Assembly: GCA_036172245.1 (NCBI GenBank)
Contig: JAYWIR010000004.1
Location: forward strand, 620,001-684,000
Length of the DNA stretch: 64,000 bases
Reading direction: 5' to 3'
Source: Raillietiella orientalis
Taxonomy: Eukaryota
Part shown: positions 38,380-49,561 of the stretch, one piece after another
How the letters are laid out: each line of letters opens with the position of its first letter
Numbering within the stretch: the first letter of the stretch is position 1
The notes under the pieces: model-generated
What the model was told of the DNA's origin: nothing
What the model saw: the letters and a program-made list of their open reading frames with translations, nothing else
Database searches by the model: none
Position numbers and translations under genes: made by a program

Positions 38380-40180
38380 GCAAAACTAAATGAATTTTAT
38401 TTTTGATTCATTAATAACATATACAAATGCATCAGCAATTAACAAACTTATGGTTATACACATAAAAGAGAACTCTTGAGTTTCCATTTAAATAAACAAT
38501 GTAGGTCCCAAATGAAATCATTGCCATGCATTGCTAGTGTTACAAGTACTGTATGACAGCTAATGACACAAAACAGATAGAAACAATCAGCTAAAAAAAT
38601 GAATGCAATTATTCAGTTTTCATGATATAGCTACCTAACAGTTTAAATCAATGTATAAGAGCTGCTTATGAAAGCAGAAGAGCAACAAGTCTATCACCTG
38701 TAAAGACATTTTTGTATCATCAGTTTTTCTTATATTGTGGAAACTTCCAGGTTAGCAGAGAAAGAAGTGCCAGAAGACTATTTTTCCTTAATTCAGATTG
38801 CAATTATGACAGGTATTATGCACTTCTGAGGTTTTCACACTTCAAAGTGAAACACCAGGTTCACAGAATACTAAAAGTGATCTTAGGCAGATATGATGAT
38901 GAAAATGCAGAAATTAAGAGGTTAGCTTCTATAAAAATCAAAATGCAAAGATATTCTTTTATAGTCATTAAATATTATGGAGGAATAATTAGAGATAGCT
39001 TCAAATTACAATCATTTTCATGGATCCTTAAAGCTCTAAAAAATGACGAATTCTCTGATTTCAAAGACTAGTATACCTTGATCAAATCACCACATAATTA
39101 TATTACGAATGTCACCTGATTACACTTATGTATAATGACACAGTTTTACATATTTTTTGATGCACACTTAACTCTTGGATTGTTTGCGACTCTAAATCAT
39201 AAAAATGATTTAGAGGTTCCTTCCAAGGCATTAGATTAAGATGCTCTCATACATAATGATAAATTTTGCCATATTGTATGTGAAGAATGATCAGTCTTTG
39301 TGCACTTTTGAGGTGAATACAGTACAGCAACATCTTAGAAACTTATACTGTAGTTTCATAAATAAAGCGTATGAACACCTTGCAAATAAAAATACATTAT
39401 CCTTGATATTGATAAAAAATGATGATAAGACTTTTTTAAGACAACACAGAAAAGCAGCTTTCGAGTTCATGCTTACGGACTGGATGATCATTAATGGAAA
39501 TGAAGAACTGTAAATGTAATAATTGTAAAGGCACAAACCTACGAAGGCGAATGACAAGTTCGCGAGCAGCAAATACTCATTTAATGCTCAACCAAATCCA
39601 TGTACAAATGCTTATATTAAAGCTTTGCAAACGAAAAAACCGAAATTCATCATGCACATTCTTGCATTAACTGAAAAGTAAAAAAGCATTATGTGAACTT
39701 ACAAGAACATGATGCAAGCAGGTATGCTTGTAATGGTTAACATGCAACAACGAAATCCAAACCAGCTCTTATAATTTTTACACACAATGGAAGAAAATCA
39801 AATGCAGGTGCTGTAAAAAGCATTAAAAAATCCAGTAAACTATGAAATTTAATAAAATGAAATTAAGCCATGTCTGAACAGGGAAAAAGTGCCAGCTTTA
39901 GAAAATATGGTGGGAAAATTTACAAACGCTAAGATTATTGCGGGACTAAACTTATGGTAACGATGAGAACCATCGCAAAGCAAGGGACAAAATCCAGAAG
40001 GAAAGTTCGTAAATAAGAATACACACATATGAATCGAAAATGAAAGTATTTGTCAAAAGAAACAAACGACAGAAAATGATCTATCATTCCAAATCACAAT
40101 GAACATACCTCTTCTAGGAGTACTACAACGCACCTTCATGGGTTGACCAATTCGCACGTTAGAGAAACAAAGCCAAGCAG
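38380..40180 (-). ncRNA. Candidate multi-exon non-coding transcript convergent with ATOX1
   Basis: Minus strand is T-rich. Donors: GTATGT 40108, GTAAGT 39702, GTAGGT 39542, GTAAGC 39476, GTATAC 39076. Pyrimidine-rich CAG acceptors: 39874, 39671, 39508, 39116, 38698. AATAAA at 38401-38396. Two exons tested have stops in all frames. Confidence 0.35.
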
Positions 40181-40359
40181 CGGTATCAGCAGTCTAATAA
40201 AATTGGATAAATCGAACTATAAAGTTTCAGTTCCTTGTTGTTACATAATTCAATCTAAATATAATTGCAAGAAGGCCACAAAAGATTGAAACTATCAAAA
40301 ATATCAAACATGACTGAAGGGCTGTAATATAATGCATCTTATTTTAAGTATAAATGAAA

Positions 40360-42452
40360 TGAGGGAAAGCTCGTTTAGTGAGATTCGATTTAGTGAGAAT
40401 CATTTTAAGAATCCAGATCGTGTTTGATGCGAACCAAAATTCAGTTGATGTGGACTAGCTCATGCACAGTTAAGATTGAGATTGTGAGTTCCCCGTTAGA
40501 GTTTTAGAACCTACCGGTTCAATGATTTGTTTTAATTGTTTTCAAAGTTGTCAACAGAAAATGGACAAGAGGATTATTTCTTCATATAAAAACATTAATA
40601 GTGCAAAAAAAAAAAAAGAATCAGAGTTCATTAGATGAAATGTGATGTTACAACGACAGATGAGTGCCAGAGTCCATGGTACAGAATATTTTCAAACATG
40701 CAGAGGAAATAAAAAGAAAGTCTAGAGTTGCATCAGCTCTAAGTAGTTTGCAAACATTTACAAGGAATAAGTGTTACTATGATAGAAGTAGAGCGTCTTT
40801 TTCCCTGTCTATGGATTGAGTTCAATAAAAGGCTCATTCCAATTAGCAAAGCAATCATCCAGAAAAAGCTTTAGATTTCTTTAAGGGAGTGAAAGAGGGA
40901 CATAATGAAGTAGAAGGAATCTTTAATAAGAGTGCTGACAGGTTTGAACGATTTCAAAATCAAGCCCGACTGCTACTGTTAGATTTACCGTGAAGGCAAC
41001 CTATTCAGATAGGGACTCGCGTACAAAAATCCTGATATTTTTAAAAAAGCAATCATGGTGCATTGCTCATTCGGACTTTGGATCTACAAATATTTAAGCT
41101 GGCTGAAACCCGTTTACTCTGGAGAAGAATGCTTTCAAGAATGCTTACATTCTACGAAAGAACATCATGTGTTTAACGATCGTCTAACACTCCTTTTAGG
41201 AGATGATGCTCAAGACAGTTTAATATTGAAATCATTTCTTATTTATAGACCCCCGAATCCTCGCAATCTTGTTTGCAATAACCATAGATTACTTCCGGTT
41301 AAGTGGTGGTCAAAAGGTTACATAAGGATTATTCACTAATTGACTTTTAAGTTATTTTTGTCCAGCTGTCGAAAATATTTCAAGGAGAATAGTATTGCCT
41401 TTAAAACACTAGTTATTAGAGATGAACTAGCTGGGTTATCTCTAATAGGTAGTATTTTGAAAAGTTTGTTCACCCGATTCATTGACTCAAAACATGAGTT
41501 TTTTTCTTAGGTCTAGCACATCTTTGTTGCAGCACATGGATCATGAGGACATGGCAACATTTAAGGCCTACTACATAAGAAAAACATTTGAACAATCCAT
41601 TTCTATAAATGCAAGAAGTAATGACATGTCTTTAACGGAATTTTGGAAAAAAATACATCAGAGATGCAGTAAACATTCTCCATGCATGGCCGCAGATGGC
41701 CGCTAACAACGGACGCGGAATGCGAAGCGCATTTTGTCCTACCGTACAGTACATCAGAGGAGCACTTGGAATCCATAAAGTAGAAAATGAAAATTCTCGG
41801 GAATGAAAAGCAAATGTCGATTCGCATTCAGAAGAATTCACTAACGGTGATCTTCTGCTTTTAGATCACCAAAGCGCATTAAAGATATGAAGAAGTTGAC
41901 AACGATTTCAAAAAAATTTGATGATGTGCAAGTGAAGGAGTTTATCCTCAAGCAAATCTGGAGCTATCTTTCGGGTTATAAAAGTTGTGAAATAAAAGTG
42001 ATGGATGAAGAGCCTAACCTCAGTCGAAGTATGCAATTCGCCGAGGTACGGCAATCTGCCTTACAAACATGTGTATGAAAATTTGAAGAACAGTAAAAAA
42101 AAAAAAAAGTGCAGCGTACGATGCTAAAATGTTTCGAAAACAACGAATTTATTTTTGCATGTGTAAGCTTGCCTTTATGGAAGATATTTTTTAAAAAAAT
42201 TCTGTTTTTGTAAGTATCTGTGACTTTGTCAGAATAAATTTAGATTTTAAGTAGATTCTTTTTTTTTTTTTTTGTAGCAATATTTTCTTAACAAGCACAT
42301 GAAAACATACCTTCAAAATTTTTCATTGCACGAAGTACATCCTTCAGTTCCTGGAACCAGTTACATATTTTACCAAGAATTGTATGCTCGGTTCGTGCCG
42401 CGGATTCGAATACTGAGATTTCACTGAACTTACGAACCGACGCCTGCCTGTA
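40360..42452 (+). mobile_element. Degenerate Tigger/pogo DNA transposon (DDE_1 transposase pseudogene)
   Basis: CENP-B-HTH-like LWIE..IPISKAIIQ (~40810-40865); DRLTLLLG..LKSFLIYRPPNPR..LPVKW (cf. DRLTLLLGGNAxG..KPLLIY..NPR..LPVxW); TSLLQHMD..ATFKAYYIRKTF..EFWKK (cf. TSLLQPMDQGVIATFKAYY). Possible right end ..CCTGTA at 42447-42452; outer boundaries uncertain. Confidence 0.85.
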
Positions 42453-42749
42453 TAATCTAGATTTGTTGCTGGGGCATTTGGTTTCTATGATTATAAAACA
42501 AAACTTGAATCTAAATTTGCAAAAAATTGAAATACTTACGAATTCCGTATCTTGCAAAAAAAGCAACACTGCGTATTCGGGGAGTGGGCACATTAAGGTG
42601 GTTTGTAGCATATCATGCAATAGCTAAACACAGTGAAATGAGTTACTAAGTAATTGCAATCAAAATATCCAAAAACTTGAAAATTGCTAAAGATTTATCT
42701 TGCACAATTTCAAAAATTTCATTTTCATATTCCATGCTAAGAAGCTTGT

Positions 42750-45700
42750 TTGAAGGCATTCAGAATAGAGAGCCTACTGGAATTTGATGAGTGACGGTAA
42801 TGAAATGTTTTTTCACTCATCCAAGAGTTACCAGAAATGGTCCACTTTTCAAGAACGTGGACCCTTCTCGAATCCGGATAGGGGAAGTAGCTCCAGTGTG
42901 CATGGCATAAGTCAGCCTAGAATATCAAAACTTTAGAACCCGGACGTTTAGCGTACGGATTCCAATGCTCCCCAGGAGTTCATGAAATCGGACAAAGACA
43001 CCAAATTTGCGAAAGAGTTGATTAGGACCGCCGAGCGCCGGAAGGCATCAAACTCTGTGCTAGAATTTCCCATAGGGAATGCAGGGTAGTGAAACCCCAG
43101 GAACCAAAGCAGACATTGCAAAGCATCATGGGATCAGCTGTTGCGCTGAAATCGAGGAAGAGGAGACGTTGGGCGAGTTTTTCTTTTTCTTTTTTTCTCC
43201 GTTGAGAAAACAGTGATGGTCACTCAGAAGCTTGTCAGAAAGCCGACGCGGCGCATCAGCATGATTTCGAGTCCACTGTCGCCGTCGACCGACTTTATAA
43301 GGAAACACAGAAAGCTCGTACAGAAGGGCTTCATGGAAACAGTCAAAGAACATACTGCTGCCGATCCGAATGGCTTAGCAAACCAGTTTGCCTCTGGGGG
43401 GCGGTTCGCATAGGTAGTAAGTGCAGACTAGCAGCATTTATGAAGCAATGATTGCAAAATTGCAAGTTGTCTCCTGGAAAAGAGAAGTGGCTGGACATAC
43501 GGTGCAGTCCTAGGCAGACATGTACATGTCCTTCGCTTTGATCTCGATGATTTTCAGCATGGGCGTGCCATGCAACAGTCAGAAGTTGGATCAAAAAGTT
43601 GGTGAGCAGTTAGATCTCCGGAAATGTTCGAACTTTGAGCTTTCTTTCACATAACGTCCGCTGTGACTGCATACGGGGGAGCTCCTGACATCCTGTACTA
43701 CATGAGGTTCGTATATGAACATATACGAACCTTATGCACCTTACCTTGCAAACTTTCCAGACATGCACCTGGACACATATCTGTGCCTGTGGTTATATCT
43801 AGAATTCTTTTGACAACTGCAGCAAGCGGAGCATCGTCTTAGCCAGTTGGATGTCCCACTGAGAACTGGAACCACGACCGATGTGATATTCACATTATCC
43901 TTCGTCACCAAACCAACAGATGGAGGTTTAATGACTCCAGATGAGAGCAATATGGTGGATGTGACAACATAGTTCCTAGCACAGCTTTGTGGTGGCCACT
44001 TCTGGCTCCTTCACAACTGGTTCTGGAATGTCGTTCAAGAGGAGGATACCTCGAAATTCTTCAGTCTTGGCTGAACTCCTTTCATGCATCTGTAAGCTAC
44101 AAGACACTGAGGACGATCTCTTCAGCACGCTGAGCACCGGATCTGGTGTCAAGAACAAGGTCGGGCTCTACCTGAGCAGCTCATTCAACGTCTACTGATG
44201 TTTCCTGCTTTTTCTCATTTCAGTGTCAATGATGTTTCTCCCAACTGTGTCCATACCTACAGTACTGTCTCGTTAAATACTTATAAGTATTCTTCATTGC
44301 TACTTCTTCAACCGTGGACGAATCGGGAGCAGCTCCACGTAGTATGCTTCGTCCTGGGATGCCATTTTAAACACTGATGATATTTGGCAAAAACGCCTGA
44401 ACCATCATCAAAAAGGGGAAGAAACGAAAATGGTAGAAAAAAAAGAATTTCTAGTAATCCCTAATAGCGAAATCGGGATGACTGAGTACGAAGTGAAAAC
44501 CTAGCTCTGAAGGAAACGAGACATTCTCTAATTTCGTGATAGGCGGTGCTGCTCTGACCTGCTGTACTGACAAATATGTGGCCCACCTCAGAAAGAAATG
44601 AAGAAATCTACATAGACAGAAACAGAAATATAAACTGGAAATATTTTGATTTCTCCTCTTCCAAGTATACACAATACTGACCCCTCTGAAAATCTAGCCC
44701 TTTCTCAGAAAATGCCGGAAATAATCGAAATTGGAAGTGCCCATGAATGCCTATTTGGAAACTACGCACATTTGTATTACAAAAGCTTCTTGAAAACCAA
44801 TAGCTGTTGTGTTTTCTATCGAATTCTAGAATCAGTGACCTGACCGTTCATCACGGCAGCAGAGCAGTTTCTTCAGATGTTGCATGCGTGCGGTACTAGC
44901 TGATTATCGGGTGTTTAAAAGGTAGCGAGCAATCGAGAACTTCAGTTTGAGTAGACCAAAACGTCAGGACGAGAAATGAATAGAAAAGACATTGCTGAGT
45001 AGGGACGTCGGTTTGGAAACTTCTCTTGGTCGAGATTCCATGGATATGAGTGAGCTAAAATGTCCCCAGCTGACAATAAACATTTCAAACAGACCTCAGA
45101 TAATGGTTGGCAGACCTTGGAGATCGAGATCGATTGAACTCACGATTCAGTCCTTCCCTTGCTGACTCAGTATCTTTCGAGCCACTAGCAACAAGGGGTT
45201 CGCTATCCTCATTTCTTCATTGGCCTTGCCATTCCACTCTCATCTCCCCCTTACCATGACGTTCAAAACCGAGGATATCACACTAGGCGCAGCCTGAGAT
45301 TCTCTGTCTTAGTGTAAATAAGTGGTCTGGCATTTTCGGCAAGAGGAACTTTTTCCTTTGAAAGCTAGCCGCAAGGGGAGTTTGAGAAGAATCCTTCAAC
45401 ACAAATGATTTTCAGCATCTTGCGCGTTCTTGTTCTTGAAGTTTCATTTGGAACAGCATTGGCATGCATTTGATAAACAGCCCTGCCTGCTGTTAATTTT
45501 CTCTGGGTGTTCGAAAAGACAAATGCGAGAGCTTCAAAGCACAGCAGATGGAAATTTGTGAAAGCTGGCCAAATTCTAGCAAGCACTGAACTGACATCAG
45601 AACGCACACGAATTATTTCGAAAATCAGACCTGCCTTCTTCCACATATATCTGTACGGCTAATAGCTTCTCTTTCCAATAACGTGCTCATTCAAGATTCT
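42750..45700 (-). mobile_element. Degenerate DIRS relic (gag, RT, RNase H, recombinase remnants) in the AT-rich domain
   Basis: Minus strand, in order: VRSDVSSVLARIW (gag-like), SSIDL (~45130), TPDPVLSVLK, TKDNVNITSVV (cf. DNxTVV), FLNGEK..SPNVSSSSISA (cf. FLxxEKxLSPxTIxxYxSA), RFHELLGAL (cf. RxxELxAL). Confidence 0.5.
43701..43736. repeat. Near-perfect 36-bp palindrome
   Basis: CATGAGGTTCGTATATG-AA-CATATACGAACCTTATG: 17-bp arms, one mismatch, 2-nt spacer. Confidence 0.9.
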
Positions 45701-48700
45701 AGGTCATTCTTCTATTTGAGATATTTCATTACACTCCAGATTCATGTTTTCTTCCCGTTTCCTTGAGAATTTTCGCAAATCTCCACTTTCAAAGTTGTAC
45801 TGAGTGGACATCAGTTAAGAGGCCTAAATTTTCTTCATTGAATTGTCCCGTAATTTCTTCAGATACCCGACAGAAACTCAAGAGTTAGGAGCAGCTGGCA
45901 AGGAACCAAGATTTTGAAAGCAATAGGTACTCACAAGTGTATAAAGTTTCAAGATCCTTAAAAGTCAAGAACAGACACGCACATGCAAAAAGAGACAAGC
46001 CATCATTACATTTTCTCAAGGCAAGCGGGAAAATGGAACCTGACTGGCCAGAAGTGGAGAACTCCGCAAGGATGGATCAACGTAAAGATGAGGTTGTTTG
46101 AAACAGGAATTCGACACGATCATCACAGATGATGAGTTAAAGAAAAGTTTAGACTCTGTTAGGTGCTCACACAAACTCAAAGCCTCGATAGAGTGGAATT
46201 TGATGGTATCAATGAACCCAAAGATTCAACAGGTACAGGTTCAACAGCAACAGGAGAGTTTCTCCTGTTGTTGTTCGTTGCACGCATTTCTTTTTCTAAA
46301 AGATCCAATGGAGCGTCCCTTGTGTTCATGATAGAGACTGCCTTTGCTGTAAATTATTTGCCAAAGAAAAGCAAGGAATTTAGGTGGATAGACAAACAAA
46401 CTTTCAATCCCGTTCAAAAAGTCTTTTCGAGTCGAATCTGGTATACTCAGATGACGCACAGAGACGCGCTGATTCTCTCACTGATCCTTCAGTGCAGAGC
46501 GATCCCAAAATGGAAAAATTGTGTATGTGTTGGAAGAATTAGAAAATCCAGCGGAGTAGGGGAAAAAAAAGTACTCATGATTGTGAAGACCGCTTTGGTG
46601 TCTTGGCGACTGAATCCGAGCTCAGGTGCTCCGCGTAAACAAAAAACTGGGACTGCATTCTTCGCTTGCAGTCAGACTGTTGTGATACACCGGATGCCAC
46701 TTATATTCTCAATAAATTACGTTCTCGCAATTTTCATCTTTGACATCAACTGCTATTTAGCAGGCATGAGCGCTATTTGACTAGTTGATCAGTCAACAGA
46801 ATATTCGTTCATTTAGTGAAACATACTTCCCCGTGAATTTTCTGTAACCTATAATGCTTCCTAATCCTCAGAAGGTTTCTTTGTGATCAGTGACATTAAC
46901 TGCTAAGGAAAAACAAATCCAGGTATTCAATCATAGCAGGTTTCAGTGCTAGCCCTTATGAGTGGAGCTGCGGACACATTGAACGATAAATATAGACTAT
47001 AATATTGAAAACATAATCTGGTAATGGTAGATTTTATGAAGTATATGTAAATGAAATTCCAATTACATCTGACAGTTGAAGTGCTTATTTTTCACGCCGC
47101 AAACAAAAGTCTGTAGTAATACATTTTTCCTTGATTTCATTAGCATTCTTAAAAGCGGCGACATTCCGAAAGGAGATCCACCGAATGGAATGATGGTTTA
47201 CATGGCTTAATAGCATACACCATGTGTAAACTAACAATCTAAATTATATACTTATACACGGAAATTATTTTTCAGAGCCATCCAAGATCAATTTGAAAAT
47301 CAATATAAAACAATAAAGATCTGGAAGTCCTCGGAAATGTAGGTCTAAAATGCCAATAATTTATTGGAGGGTATTTGAGAAAGCAGGTAAATGCATTCCA
47401 TTTAAGTAAAGGATGAAATAAGAGAATAAGAGCAAAGAAAGGCTAAGAGGTGAGGCATGAAATGTAAATTAAAACCTTCTTGTAGTATCAAAGACTCATA
47501 CTTGCAAGATCGGCCTACAACGAAATAAGATGGAACTGAAACACCAGTAGAGAGGCCAAAAAAAGCAAAAACCCTTCTACTCTCGAAAAAGAAGCAAATA
47601 GTGTACGTGTTGGTTTTAATTTCCAGTGAGGATCAGTATGCATGAATTTGCAACACTGATGAAATCTCAAACTACCAAGATAGAAGAAATTTATGGCCAA
47701 ATAATTTGCCCTCAATAGACTTCAGATCTGCAACTAATGTACTGGACAAATGCAGATAGGGAACTTTATGAGATCCAAACAGTATTTAATTCGAAATCTT
47801 GCTTTTGCAAAATCTGTTAATATTCATTCCTACATGACTGTATTTATTACAGTGCAAATAATGTACTATAATCAATTATTATATTTGTATGCGTTAACAG
47901 TACTATTATATCTTGACGTTGTACATGAATTTATTTAGTTCTTTTTGAGAATATCGAGATAACAGGTGAAAAACTTCTTGAAAAGATAAGAATAATGCTC
48001 TGAAAATTTTAGTCAGACGCTACAACACCACCGAAGAATCAAACATACAACAGGCTACACGAACGATGTTTTTCTATGACACATTACCTTACTTTTTAGA
48101 AAATGAATTTGTCTCAGTCGAAGATTGGAAATACTAATGTTTTTATTCAGTAGCTTGAATCTGAGCTGAACTTGAAATTCAATCAACTTTGTATTTAAAC
48201 ATTTATTTAAAATTTTGAGTCCAATACAGTTATTCAGAACATACTTTATCCATCCTAAACATTTCACTAAATCTTGACAATAAACTATACGTCTATAATT
48301 TCCTCTGTTTCTAATCATTTTTCTAACTGTAGCGATTCTGTTATTTTCGTGATTTTAATTGCATTGGAAATTTAATACGATTACTTTTGAAGACAAATGC
48401 AATTAATTTTATGAGAAAAGCTTCATATCCTTTACAGCTCAAAAATCAAATGATTGACTACCGAAATGCTAAGAAAATCAAAAGAATCAAGTTGGAAATT
48501 AAATGTCACAAATGCCAAGATACTGGTTTTATCTAATTGTAAGCACAGAAATTATGAATTAAGTCTTCAAATTGAAGAATTAGCGGAGATTTAGGAAGAT
48601 GATTATAATGCTTTAATATCAGGCTACATTATAAAAAAAGAAATAAGAATGCTAATTTCTATGTAGATTTCATTTTTATATTTGTCTATTCATTCTAGAA

Positions 48701-49561
48701 ATACACGAGAAGATATTCTTTATTAGATTACAGTGTTTTTGTAATATAATCAGAAAAGAATGATCAATGCAAATCTTCCAGTTTTCAATTCTTTAATATA
48801 AGATACGAAAGATATATATTTTTTATAGCTGTTTTAATAAAGGCGCAACCAAATTTTCCTCATCGTACATAATTTGGTTCTTAAGAATGTTTCAAACAAT
48901 TTTCGTATAAATAATGCGTGAGTTTAGAGACACCATTATTATCAACTAAGGAATTAAAGGTCATTTCAGTTACATAAAATGTCAGTTATTCATCTGAACT
49001 TCTTGAGTCGAATTATAAAAGCGTATGCAAATTTGAAAACAACATTTTGAAATAAAACGCTTTTATCTCATGATGTGACCTGGCATCACCCATAGTTAAG
49101 CTGTCATGCGGTGTGGCATTGGGATAATCAGGAAAAGATCTTAAAGATGCCCGTGGAAGTGTGCGGGAAAGTGCAAATAAGAGTGCTACAGTCGTTAATT
49201 AATAGTTTTCACAAATATTGTAATATCCTTGTGTTATTTTTACCGGGGTTTCTAAGTTTCTATAACAAATTATCGAAACAAAGATTAAGAAAAAGTGCGT
49301 TATTTCAGAATACGGTTTTGTAATTTCAAGTCGCATTGATTAGGTAGTTAGCATATGAATAGCCAGGTTGAATGTATAAGGTTTCGTTTTTAATATTTTA
49401 AATGTTATCCGTTGTCTTTACATAGTTAAAATACACCAGAAAATTTCAAGTATTGTTGCCACAGTCATGACATGGCTACAATGCCATAACGTATAAGTGT
49501 AAATCTAAAGTTTCAAGTCCATGCTGGAAGACAATTAGCTTTCATGCAATTATAGCATCAA

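Noticed and set aside
38712..39071. 119-aa plus-strand ORF downstream of ATOX1
   Set aside because: Non-ATG start, no recognisable domain, and strand skew favours the opposite strand.
46098..46780. Possible BEL/Pao gag relic (KQEFDTII..YLPKK..W)
   Set aside because: Similarity is too weak to support by eye.
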